A DNA stretch of 64,000 nucleotides from Paraphysomonas bandaiensis (GCA_965644295.1 CBFFRP010000219.1:124001-188000), one strand, 5' to 3'. Positions 51,801 to 64,000 are shown, numbered from the stretch's first letter. Program-made: numbers and translations. Notes: generated by a model from the sequence alone, not told the origin.

Positions 51801-54800
51801 TGGGTTGTCTGACGAACTCTCCCCCGTACTCATCGCGCGCTATACTTATGATTTGGTATGCATGAAATGTCATCATGTAAAAAGCTTAGATAGAACTCGT
51901 CAATCCGAAGTGGTTTTGCACATTCTGAACAGAGTTTCGGGACGAGAAATTGACATTTCGACGGATGAGTTTGAAGTTGACATTGACGAACAAAGTTTCT
52001 CATTGAATGCAGACTCGTCTATTGGTGGTGTGACTCGACTTCCACAAATTCACTATCGTTTTTGGAAATACGAACGCATTCTGGAATTATATTTTGATAT
52101 TATGGATACTGGAGTGGTTCCTATTGACAACTGCGTTGCTTTTATGATGAATATTGAATCTGAATTGGATAATAGCATCCACATGAAAATGATGTACATG
52201 GTACTGGATAGCTTGGACCCATCTAAATTTCCTCCATTAAGTTTGCAATTGTGGAAATCCTGGTTTACCAAGCTTGCTGCTATTAGACCATCATTGATGT
52301 CTCTTGTTGATTTGTTAGAGAGTGACAGCGACAGACTTCTGGTAATTAAAACGTGGCACAAGTATCATTTCTACCAGATTTACGTTCGAAGTGTGGCTAT
52401 TCCGTTTGATTTGCCGGCAGCAAGTATCAATGAATTTGTATCTCACTTGAACAACATGCCATTGACATGTCCTGCTACGCTTCGTACGCTGTTAGCTCAC
52501 CTCGGACAGCTCTGTCTTAATAATTGGGATGAAGATGGCGGAATTCCTGGTGATTTTTTGTGTCCAATTACGCTCGAGCGTATGCAGGACCCTGTAGTTG
52601 CTGCTGATGGACATACTTACGAACGTGTTGCAATCCAGGAATGGTTTGCCAGAGGAATGAAAACTTCTCCCACAACTAACGAAGTTCTGACAACACAAAA
52701 CCTTCATCCCAATACTAATTTACGACGACGCCTTATTACTTCAAGAGGACAAGATTTAAAGCGATTTCTAGAGTATTTCATACTCGAAGTGCTATTGTCA
52801 CCGGTTTTTAGAAAAGATCTAGGACATAATATTATTGAAGATATTATTTGCATTGCCTCTGGCGGAACACTACATGGCCTTCCTGATAATGTGAAGCACA
52901 TCAAGAGTGTTTTTCCGTCTGATAAAAGCGTTGAATATATCTTAAAGGAGTTGTTCAAACTCCAAACCACTTCATGTTATGATAACGTAATTGAGGCAAA
53001 TATTGAGAAGAGACTCGTGGAGTTGTTTTCAACATGTAAATATATGGACTCTCCATTTAGCATTGCATATGTGGCCCTACAAGAAGATATTATTCGTGGT
53101 CATGAATCTCTGGCTGATATCACATTCGAGCATGTTGTAAAAATCAATAATGACAGAGAGATCTCATCAATATGCAATGCATTGCATGCCATAGGTCTGT
53201 ATAATACTTATTATTCGGCTTATATAACATTTATTTGATATAGCTTTGTGGCGTGTTCATCTGGAGTACCTGGCAAATATGACTACGAGATATAACGATG
53301 GTAGTATATCTGGAATCGCATTGTCGACAATTCAGGAAGTATGTGCTAGAGTGAGGCCTCTGCTTGAAGATAGACCTGATGAAATACCTGTGAGATCTGC
53401 TCGTCTATATTTTCTAAAGTTATTAGAGCGCCAGAGAGGTGTTTCCTTTGTACGAAATTCTCTTATGGTGGGGCCTATTTCTCATGAAGTATGGTTGAAA
53501 CAGTGGAAGGAATCGGATATCGGTTTTGCAAGGTTTTTGGGATCTAGTCGGTTGCCGAATTTAAATCCCTTTGTTGAAAATGCATTATTCAAAGAGGTTC
53601 ATGGAGTGCTTATGGATTACATGCAAACCGGAAATTTATCTTCCTTTGGTTTGTTTATATCTGAGTTCTTTTCGTCTCACACCAGTGGCGAAGTCTGCGG
53701 GGCACTTTTGTTATCGTGCTTTCATGAAATTTCATTGCTGGCATTGCTTCCCCTTGATTCCACAACACGAGTCAGAGAGCGTTCAGTTGCGCTTCAGAGA
53801 TGGTTACAGTCTGATGAAAACATGTGCAGTGCCAATGTGATGCACAAAAAAGCGATAATTATTTTCGGTCTGGGAAGCCTTCGTACACAGATGGAAAGCG
53901 CCTCCGCAACTATAAATGAGAAGCCATATGTAGGCCTGACCGAAAGTAGTTCCACTGCACAGATCTTTAACTTGCGACTATTAGTACACGTAGTAGCCAG
54001 TGTCATTGCATGTGAAGAATTAGAGCACCCATTTGGATTTTTCCATAGCCTAATGTTTCAACCCAGCAGTCTGAGTAACTCCTATTTCCCAACTATGCCA
54101 GAAGATGACACCAAGATGGCACAGAGTGTATTGGGAGGGAGGTGGTACGCTTGCCCGAATAATCACCCATTTTATGTGGATCGGTGTGGTACGTATATTT
54201 TGTAATTGTATGTGAAGTAACGAATATATATATGTCACTAGGTCGTCCAACAGTCATTCAAACTTGTGCGGCCTGTGGAGCTCGAATAGGAGGAGAAGAT
54301 CACAACCTTCTGAGTGATAACAAGGATCTCAACGGAGTTGGTTCTGGATACTACAAAAAGACAGAGCTGGAGGACAAATCAGAAAAGAATTACTGCGTTC
54401 GTACTGCAGAAGAAGAGCTTGAAAAATCGTTTTACACAACACGCACGCTGACCTCTTCTTCGGTTCGGGTGCTTCGAATATTAATGCACTCTGCGATGCT
54501 TGCAGGTCTATGTCTCGGAGGGAGTTCTTGGGAAAATGGGGCGAAGGCGATGCTTAATAAGGGATATTGTGATCCTACAGATTGGGGCACATTTCTGTAT
54601 GACAATTTGGTGTCTGATTGGGATATGTTGCGCGTATATTTGATGCGCTCAGTGGATGATGTGGCTCTCGTGATGCATACGATAGTGACGCAATGCAGTC
54701 ACGCCAAGTTTGTTAAACGCGACTGCGATATTGTGCCAGTTCCTGCGACACCATTGCCTAACGGAATACGGTTGCCAAATATTGAATCCTGTGATAATAG

Positions 54801-56731
54801 CAGGAGGTTTTTTACAAGTTTCTTCAAACCCATTGTTCGAGATTATTGGGAGGAGTATATAGATAAGGTTCACATAAAACCATTTACTTCGGAAAGCGAA
54901 AGTGGCCTCTCGAAAAAACTTGAAGAGATACAACGGCAATTTGAAGAAGACAAAGTTGATAGTGCTGCCGAACTCTTTGTCGCAGAACTCTTGGAGAAGG
55001 TTCCATATGTGGATATTTCCATCGAGGACAGGTGTGTGTCTTATCCAGGACTTTGGCGCATTCGCAAGCCATTTTGTTTTGAAGAATTTATAGTCGCCTT
55101 AAAGCAGATGCCGGGATCGCAAGATAGATTTCCTCTCCTATCTATGCTAGCAAACCAAGATGAAGAACAACTTGCTGCGTTGCGCCATATCCCTGAAGTG
55201 CTTCAATGGTTTAGATTGCTGCATGCACAGTATAATAGTCATATTGATCGTGAAACAGCGAGAAATAAGACAAATTCAGTTGCCATACTTGAAATATCTG
55301 GAGAGTCACCGGCAAAAGCGAGATGTGTTCAAATGGCTTTTGATGGCTTTTGTTCAGCTTGGAATAGTAGCTGGAGTGATGTACGAAGACATGGTTGTAT
55401 TCAATTTTCTTCGGAGTTCAATAGCCTGCGTATGACTCCATCTGTGCCTATTTCGTTTTCCTTACCCAATGAAATGGATGAGGGGAACTGTCCACTTGCC
55501 TTGATTCATTTTCTCATTGAAAAGCACAACGCATTTGCGCAGCTTGTTGACGAAGCATACTTAATGAGGGCACGCGAAACAAAGTCTCGGTGTAGTTCAC
55601 AATTAGCAATGGAGGAGAAATGTGCTCGTGTGCCTATCATTTCATCACGATTCTTGACCAATGTGCACACAATAAGATGTAGCATTGCGGAAGATCTAAT
55701 ACCCGTTCTAGAGAAGTATTGTATGCTGTCAGGAGATGGAGCCGATATGCGTCACAGTGAAAATCGTGGGGTATATGGCGGATATGATTTCGCCAAAGCT
55801 GAGGGTATTGTACTGGACAGGTACGACTGTTCATTGCATCAGTACGAGATGAAATGATATGAATGAGTATAGGTTTCTGGCTGACATTCCAGCTGTTGAT
55901 CTTGAGATGCAAGGTTTTACGTATTCTCAGGAACAGCATTTGCAGGTACTCGCACTATTGCCGGTGTTTCATGTAATAAATAGTTTTACATAGGGTGGCA
56001 TGGCACCTTTGCGACAAAAAATTAGCCAAGAACAGCTTTCTCCAGATGTTATACGTGCAATTCAGAGAGACGTGTCAACTCCTGCTCAAGCCCAGAAAAT
56101 TTTAGAGATTATTGAACAAGTCGTATCGTTTGTGAGTGCGACTGGGGGGTCGTTGGTACAGTCTTTAAGCGAAGATGTTGGTGATATGTTGCTCGAGAAG
56201 TATATGAGAAGTGTGTTACTGATTGACGAAGTTGTTGGCAGCAGAACGGTACTCCAACATGTAAGTTCATACTATGCTTATCACAGTTTTCTTACAATTT
56301 AGTAGACGGCATTGAAGCACTTGGAGTCTCTATGGGAGGTATTGTCAGATATCACTTGTTGTGATGCATTTAGTAAAGTTCATGCTGCATACAAAAAACC
56401 TATAAGCGAAAGGTAAATCACATGCGATGCTACTGTAAGTTTGTCAAGTGGTTTATGTTGCAGTGCAAGGGAGGACCTTATCAGTGCCTTTTCTAACCCA
56501 TCCTTCAATTCGAGTAAAATTTTATCGGTACTGAAGTCTTTTATACTGGAGTCGCTTCAGGAAAAAATAATGGCGGAAAACACACCTGTATTTGAATGTC
56601 TCGTGAACCTTGAGGTAGATGGTGTATTTCTAGCTGATGCAGAATGGTTTGTAAATAGCTTTCCATATTCGATTACAATCGCTGAAGTTGTCGATGCATT
56701 TGATATTATCAAAGAAAGTCGTAAGATTTAA
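39852..56731 (+). CDS. RNF213/mysterin-like giant AAA+ ATPase / E3 ligase (Tudor-CBM20-UBA-AAA+-U-box-RZ finger), multi-exon, roughly 5,200 aa by estimate
   Basis: RNF213-type motifs YFYLNFYSMREI, SRINGGGKT, YVMTVDNMLKMLSI, IMGETGCG|KST, LLDEINT, AACNPYR, LVYRVHPLP, IALNEALCEN, IGKPGSSKSLA, QCSPLST, LLDEVGLAEQSPHLPLKVLH, GISNWSLDPAKMNRA, FGSDFP, YESLYDLLNQ, PPLLNRFEK; RZ finger WYACPNNHPFYVDRC|GRP...CAACGARIGGEDH. Confidence 0.95.
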
Positions 56732-57702
56732 TACTTGAGTTAAGATAATTCATATTTGATCCACTTACTTGTGAGTAGTTTTCCGTACCAGCAAGCTAGA
56801 TGCAGAACACAATTGTAAGGAAACGTATGGAAATGACTTCGCAACAAGAATATTACTTGAGAGTTCAAATACTACATCTGATGCTTAATATGATTAGAAG
56901 TAGTGGTACCCAGTTCTTTCAGGGTTATTCACGTCGTATCATACACATAGCATTCTAGTCAGTTGCGCCAGCAGCGGTTAAGTATGATGTATATAAACCT
57001 CGTGCGACCACATTCATCATCACATATATGTACGAATTTCAATACCTAGCAGCTGCTATTCTCTCAGCATCCTTCTGTGGTAGGTGTACATTTGTTGTAG
57101 TCATTATTAATATATATAAAGATCCCATTTAATATTCTTTTTATTCTTAATCTTAATCAGGGAGCACCTATTTTTTCTTACAGTAATCAAGCCAAAGGTA
57201 GCTATACAATCTTGATACTTGGCTTTCAACAGCATGAGGAGGAGCTATAATTTATCCGAAGGATAAGGAGTATCGTCCCTTGTCCAAGTTTAATATAGCG
57301 TTTTCAAAATTTTGAGCGCTGGACGGTATAGCCTCCTTATTACCTGGGTTTACATGTAACTATATAGTAATGAGCAAGGGGAAGGACCCCTATTTACCCT
57401 CTCTCCCCTTGTTTTTAGGTTTTTCATAGAATAAATCAAATTAAACATACACTTGAAAATTACCCTTTACTGGTGAATTCAAGGAAAGGAAATATATTGT
57501 AAATAATTTACTGACAGGGTATATTTAGGGTTAGAATTATATATTTTAAAGATATAGTAATAATAAATTTCATACTTATAAAAGGCCTCAACAAAGTCGG
57601 ATAATAGTTTTCTCGTGAAAATTGGGATGAGATTATAGTACAGAAAGTTATTCTAAAATCTAGCAATAGATTTGACGGCAATTGATTGTCCTGTTGAACT
57701 TT

Positions 57703-58170
57703 CAACAAAGTCGGACTCGCACCTCTTCGTGGTGTACTGGGAGTACCGGATATATTTCTCGGGGACACTAACGTGAGCCACATATATAGTCTGCAGCCAA
57801 TTTTCTGCTCAATGTACCCTTGTATGGTACAAGGGACACTAATAAGAGTCATTTGTGTAGACGTCTTTAGGCCTTGACGAATAGACAGGTATCCTGGAAT
57901 GAGGTGCATCTAGGGTATTATACTGCCTGCTGAAGTCAAGCATTCGGGCTGTTTACCTTAAGGACTCAAAAATTCTAATGTGAGCAGATGTCAGATGTCA
58001 GGTATATCGACATTCTGCTTGCTCACTGCTGCGTTTGCTTTGAGTGCTAAAACAAACGTGGGTGCACCTTGGTGCTGTGGTGACGCAAAAACAGCTTGTA
58101 GTGTTAAACAGTTGGATATCAGAGTTAAGCACCAGTCAGTTAAATTGCAATGCTAAATTAGTTCTGACTC
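57703..58170 (+). repeat. Dispersed non-coding repeat, copy 2, with an extra stem-loop at 57964-58045
   Basis: Same conserved blocks in the same order and orientation as 10861-11290. Confidence 0.9.
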
Positions 58171-59018
58171 TTAAAAAGCATTTTGTATTTTAGTCCTTCT
58201 ATAGTAGCAGTTGTCTTTTTTTGGAATCTCATTGCATCAAAAGATGGATCTCTGACTGCGCTAAATATAAGCTAGTACTATTTTTTTACTTAACGTAGTG
58301 TTAGATCAAATTTAGTGAGTGTGCAGGCGACTTCAAGAAGTTTTAGTATTACAAGTATATGAACTAATGGTATGATAGAGTTATAGTTGTGAAACTGAAA
58401 TATGTTGACGGCTAAGTGTCGTGTCTAGCTAAGATCTGATTATATTGCTTGGTAGTTTACAGAATACAATTGTAGCGAATGTCAATAAATGATGAGATAT
58501 GTTGATTATGGTTTTACTAATTGTGTGAGTTAAAGTTCAGCTACTAAAGCTTTTCACTATCCAAATATGAAATTCGGAAAGAGAAGGACGAAGTGGAAGC
58601 CGGCTTATGGTTCATTGGTAAAAATCCTCTATTGTTGTCTTTCTCGCTTTGCCGGCTGGATTAGTAATTAAGGGAGCACCAGACCATCTACTATGAGCGG
58701 TATTATCTACTTAGTAGGTATTAATGGCAATTATAATTACCGGGAACAAGTAGTTGTTACCAGGTCCTGGGCTGGATAGATCTATCGGCTCTATTTTCAG
58801 CTATAATTTCCCCACTGACTCATATTTCGACTGCAATACCACTAAACTAGGAACCCTCACTGAGGAGAGAAAAGGTTTAACAGTAACATTGTCAATATCT
58901 ATTAATATTGTTACTGTTTTCAATTCTACCCTTTCGCTATTTCCACAATTATTTAAATAGTATACATGCTCTGTTTGTAACTTGAAGTTACAGAATGCGC
59001 TAACACTTTCATGAAATA

Positions 59019-61664
59019 TCATGGTCTACTGCTCGAATATACTTTTGGTCTGTTTTTAACACAAGATATCATGGCCACAACTCCAGCACCAAGTAAAGGT
59101 ACGGTTGTATACTGAACCACTTTAGATTGAAAATCGGATATTTTTTCACCCAGCTCGAGTTCTGTCGCAATACTTGCAAAGTGAATACTTTTCGCAAGTT
59201 GATGTAGAGTATTTATTAGCGCAATAACCTAGAACACGATTCATGAATGTATAGTATTCGCAATTAATATATACGACTACCTCTTGACGCGACAAAAACT
59301 CCTTTAGTGGAACTTTTCCAAATTCTTCTTCTGGGGTAAGTAGAATTTTAATAGCTGTTCCAAGGCCAAGAATTTCCAGTTTTCCCCATACGCGACACTT
59401 TTCACATGTCACGCAGTCCATAATTCGACTGATGTTACGAAATCTGAAACGATGTAAAAATGTAATCAAAATTCACATAATGTGTAGCGGTAAACAAAAC
59501 CAGTCAAAAACACAGCAGTTCAGACAATGCTAGAAAGAGGATAATATTTGCGCTGTCTCACCTTTGTCTAAACTCTTCTCGAAGATCCAGAGGGTTCACT
59601 TCTTTCCAATACATTCCGTCGCTGCTGTATTTGTTTGAAGCCTAGAATGTCAACAAAATTATACCGAACCATCGCACAGATGTTAGCGGTCATGTTCACC
59701 ACACTTATCCGGAAAGGGCTTGAAAGTAAGCGCTTACCTGGAATAACGCTGACTCGTCAAATCCAGTTCTACATTGAGCAGCTGCTTCCAATGCCTGGTA
59801 AGGCAATTGGCTATTACCCCACCCCTGCAGATCATCCACGCCACTGCTCTTCCATACAGTCCTTGCTCCACCAGGATGCGGAGAATCAGAGGTCATACTT
59901 GTTTCCTTTAAGGAGGGAAGAGCCACAAGCTGCTTGATAAGATTTTCAACGACAGTCTTTTCCATGTCATCGCCAATAGAATAATCGTACTGAATAAGCA
60001 CATCAGAAGCCTTGGCAACAGCCCTTGCAACGAATAGAAACGCGAAATACAGGTTAGAAAGACGCTGAGGGTGAGCACCGACGGCCTTGATGAACATTGG
60101 AATATTGGGACCCCAGCGACCGGAACCACTGTAATCATATTCTGTACAAGAATGATGTAGAAAGTGAATAAAGCGAAAAGAATATCATACAGATATTGTC
60201 CTAAGATTCCAGGGAAAATATAAACATATTAAAAATACATACCATCAGGAGGATAATAGTAGTCGCGCGCAATTTGTGTAGAAATCGAACTTTGGAGACC
60301 ACTAATTAATCTAAACACAACAACATATTATGAGTGCCCCTTGTAATAAGTCAAGAGTGACGGTGTAGCAATGAAAATAGCGTTAAACAATATCCACGAC
60401 CGCAATGAAAGATTACTATAACCTGTAAAATGTCCGTTTTTCAAGGCATGTGTCCGTATCACCTCCACCGAAACAGTTTTCCTCCTGAATTGCTCTCCAC
60501 ACAAGTCTAGCTGATGGGCCTGAGTAGCCTAGGTACATATTATACAAAGAAATCAAGGTATAAATCTCTCGACAAAATACCAGTAAACTTCTCAGGATTC
60601 TTTACAAGGTTAACATATACACTGGTATTAGAATACGCAGTCTCTTCGGACATTTCTGTCCACTCCCAACGATCGGCCCACTGCTGAGCCGGGGTAACTA
60701 TCAGATGTTTAATACACAAGAATAAATTAGAAAACAAGACAGCAACCATGTAGCAGAACAACACACTATTTCAATAGCAATACGCAAAACAACAAACGAA
60801 TACTCTGTTACAGATATAGCATAGATACCACGAGTTCCATGTGCAGACGAATTAAAAATTGCTACACTGATAGCTTCGTTTCAGATACCTTCTTGCCGCC
60901 AACTTTCGGTTGGTCCATAGGCGGCTTCAGATATGCTACTCGTACTCTCTGGACTCACTTTTCCTAATCTGCCACTATTCGCTTTACCCCCTTCCTTGCC
61001 ATGATCCCCCGCTAATGATATCCACCCGTACTCGTCATCATCACTGCGCCCTTCGCCCCCTGACCCGATAATTTTTTGCTGTTCTTCAAGCCATGCTTTT
61101 GGGATCTCATCCTCCTCGCAAGGGCAGATAGAACATCCTTCATTGGTACACATTCCCCCATCGGTATCCCAGAATGGACAGGGCTTATCGAGATCAATTC
61201 GAAAATAGCGAAAAAATGGCCTACAGATAAAAACATAATTTAATAAAAGAGAAAAATGTCTGACAGAATGGTATGCACGATGCAACACGATATGCACAAT
61301 CTTGAAACAAGAAGCATGTCACAAACACAACACCCATAAGAAGAGAGGTGCCTTATGTGCATGTATGTGTATGTACGTGTAGCAATAGAGGCACCTTTCA
61401 GTTATATTTTGCAGCAAAGGAATAAAAAAATTCGCCACTGCGTCATCGACAGTCTCATACTCACAATTGCAGTCTGTAATCTGTCCATCTAACTTCTTCG
61501 TCTGCGGCATACAGCATATGATGAGAGTGTGTCGGCAGGTGTTTCTATGCAGTTACCTCACACAGCTGACACTTTAAGAAATCATACACTCCTGAGCTGC
61601 CGGCACCACTCATGCACAGCACAAGAATCAACTGAGTAATGCTATAAAGATTAGGTCGTCGCAT
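59019..61664 (-). CDS. ERO1: ER oxidoreductin 1, multi-exon
   Basis: Signal peptide; [16 protein letters not shown]; [16 protein letters not shown]; [13 protein letters not shown]; [10 protein letters not shown]; FDESALF; [22 protein letters not shown] (CxxCxxC); [10 protein letters not shown]. Confidence 0.96.
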
Positions 61665-61820
61665 GGTGTGTATTGGAAGTATATGGCGGGTGGAACAGAG
61701 TGCGTTGTGTCGTCATATCTAGAGCTGACTGCTGCGCTGCTGACACGTTGCGACGTACTTAACATACATACATACGGCTGTACGCCACTATACGGTCCAG
61801 TGCTGGATTCTTCTAGATTA

Positions 61821-61908
61821 TACCTGTAGAAATACCCTATAGGAATACCTGTAGAAATACCCTATAGGAATACCTGTAGAAATACCCTATAGGAATACCT
61901 GTAGAAAT
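61821..61908. repeat. 25-bp minisatellite (TACCTGTAGAAATACCCTATAGGAA) x ~3.5
   Basis: Perfect tandem units start at 61821, 61846 and 61871, plus a partial unit at 61896. Lies in the divergent ERO1/BIN4-like spacer. Confidence 0.95.
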
Positions 61909-62221
61909 GACCTATTGGAGAAACACGGTGAATTATATTGGGCTTTGGCTTGTCCGCTGACTGCACTTTTTATACAGGTTTTGAAACCCAGGGATTTTAG
62001 GAGCGAGTTTGTGTTTTTGGGGTATCTGACGATGGAAAGAATTGGAGTATACTGGTATTGTAGTATCTGCCTGTTGCCCTCTTGTGAAGGAGGAGCGAGT
62101 CCATGTCCAATGCACGACATGCTACTACTTCTACTTGTCGCGTTGTAATACGAAACACTCCAATCCCTGCAGCACTCTTGAGGTATAACGTGCCAGCTAA
62201 ACAATTCGCGTGTCTGCAGCA

Positions 62222-63427
62222 ATGGATTCAGAGAGAAGCAGCGCTGGAGCATCCAGATACAAGCAGTCTCCCGCCCGAGTCAAAACACTTGACATACTTG
62301 CGAAAACCACCCCGCTGCAAGAGCAGTCCGTGAAGAACCTCATAAAATATTGCGAACTTGCGAGAGAGGAATGCGGTGAGGCCGCCACTATGACTGACGG
62401 TATTCAGTTTCTTGCCGCTCGGTATGAATGGGATGTCGATTCAAGGGAATCTGATTTCAAGGAAGCATGGCTCGCGTCAGAATCACCTCTAAAGCCGAAA
62501 ACTTCTGTTAGCAAGGAGCTGGGCAATTCTGTGGATATTGACGTGATGTCTGAGAATACTATTGACAGTAATAGGGTTAGTGCCCCGGTGTCATCAGTCG
62601 TAGAATGTGTAATTCAACGTGTTCTAGATATACCTTACCTTAAAGAAAGATAGTTTCACGAAGAACACTCTCCTTTGCCAAGTGAACGACCCTGGACTGC
62701 AAGTATTAGGTGATACGGGGGCTATTGGGCGACTCACAACAAGTGGTGACAAAAAGTCCATTACTGTTGACTTAAAAGGTAGATATTTGTATTTTGTCCT
62801 CTGTTGTATATATTAACAGTGATTTAATATTGTTTAGGGCGACAGTACACTGGGCAGTTGTATCCTGGTCCGACAGTTATGTTTATGAACACATCGCAAA
62901 TAGGCGCTAAAACAAGTAGCTCTGACAACAAGGTGAGAATATTACTTTCATGATGTGGCGTATTTTATGGGGTTGGTTGGACGGGAATGATATACAGGTG
63001 ACGGCAAAGATTGAAACTTTTACGAATGAATTCTGCCATTTAAAGTTCGATAGAGATCTAATGATAGATCTAGTTGGTACATATTCAGGTGATTACGTGG
63101 TTTCTTTTGCTTGGTGGATTGATATTGTTGGGCCCTTGAGGAAACACGCTATACTATGTAGAAAGTGTTTATTTTTTATACATTTCAGGTGACATGGAAT
63201 ATATACGTGGGCAAGATGATAGTGCTATGGACGCAAATTTGAGAACACCAAGTTCAACTCGTAAACGAAAGGGGAAAAATGAGGACGACGAAGGTAGTGA
63301 TGAAGAGCAATCTACTTCCAAGAGAAAAGTGAAGTCGAAGAACAATAATCCCAAAATTTCCACGATTACTCAAAAAGTTAAGAAAGGAAAGGGGCCTACT
63401 AAGAAGAGAAAGAGCACAAAGAAGTAG
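62222..63427 (+). CDS. BIN4/MIDGET-like DNA-binding protein (topoisomerase VI accessory subunit), multi-exon
   Basis: GDTGAIGRL...ITVDLK|GRQYTGQLYP...TAKIETFTNEFCHL resembles the plant BIN4 C-terminal core as I recall it (GDxGAxGR...LDLKG..Y...AKIE...NDF). Lys-rich tail. Start and splice sites are uncertain. Confidence 0.7.
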
Positions 63428-64000
63428 GTGTAGTATTGTGTAGTTGTGTCATAGCCAATATTCTTTAATGTGTATCAAGTCAAAGACGACCTTTGCATAT
63501 TTGTGCGTAAAAAATATAACTATTAATAATAAGCTTTGAGCTAGTTGCGTATTCTGATGGGTATTTGCTGGCTTGTGTTTGACTTGCGACATTGTTGTGC
63601 TGTGCGTATGTGCAGCAAAGTAATAGTGTGCATCTTACGATCTTACGTCCTGTCTAGAATCGTATAGTTGTTCCTGGTGGACAAAATAGGTGTAATTGCA
63701 GAAATATTTCTCACTGCAATTTGTAGATTTGTAGCAGCAGTATTGTACTTCGTCGTCATACTCGGACCACTAAGATAAAAACTAAAAACCATAGATTCAT
63801 GTTGTCCCATTGAATGTTTTATTCTTGATATGGCAAGTCTGGGAGTTAATACATTTGATGTAGCCTACCAACGTATGGATTAAAAAAAATTATTTGTATA
63901 GGACAAATGCTTAATTAGTCCTGACTCTTCAACGCCTATTGCTAATAATAAGACATTCACTACTACTGTGCTGTCATGTGGATGTTAATATAGTTTCTTC

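Noticed and set aside
41366-55939. Many 60-155-aa antisense or alternate-frame ORFs over the RNF213-like gene (and similarly over the copia element and other genes)
   Set aside because: Shadow ORFs of long coding exons, with no recognisable motifs.
61821-61908. Possible CRISPR array
   Set aside because: Units are contiguous and identical with no unique spacers, there are no cas genes, and the context is eukaryotic.

Overview
Gene-dense, AT-rich eukaryotic DNA with many short (~45-65 nt) spliceosomal introns. The style suggests a stramenopile or chrysophyte-like protist, which is inference only. Left to right: a RecQ helicase cut by the window edge; an (ATGT)n microsatellite; a BTB/POZ protein with a degenerate 2OG-Fe(II)-oxygenase-like domain; a very young Ty1/copia LTR retrotransposon (identical 293-bp TA...CA LTRs, ATTAC TSD); a hybrid histidine kinase whose sensor is the H-NOX+HNOBA module of soluble guanylate cyclase; a decayed region with two Fic-domain relics; an S28 prolyl-carboxypeptidase; a DUF218-like protein; an EamA/DMT transporter; an exportin-5-like gene; a PITH-domain gene; a non-autonomous hAT element; a NAK/STK16-like kinase with a PH-like domain; a ~17-kb RNF213/mysterin-like giant AAA+ E3 ligase (Tudor, CBM20, UBA, AAA+, U-box, RZ finger); ERO1; and a BIN4-like gene. 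Three items stand out: the RNF213-like ligase with a U-box in place of the RING, the eukaryotic H-NOX hybrid kinase, and a two-copy ~430-470-nt dispersed non-coding repeat with conserved hairpins that looks like an unnamed structured RNA or mobile element. All calls come from motif recognition by eye; no searches were run, and exon boundaries are manual.
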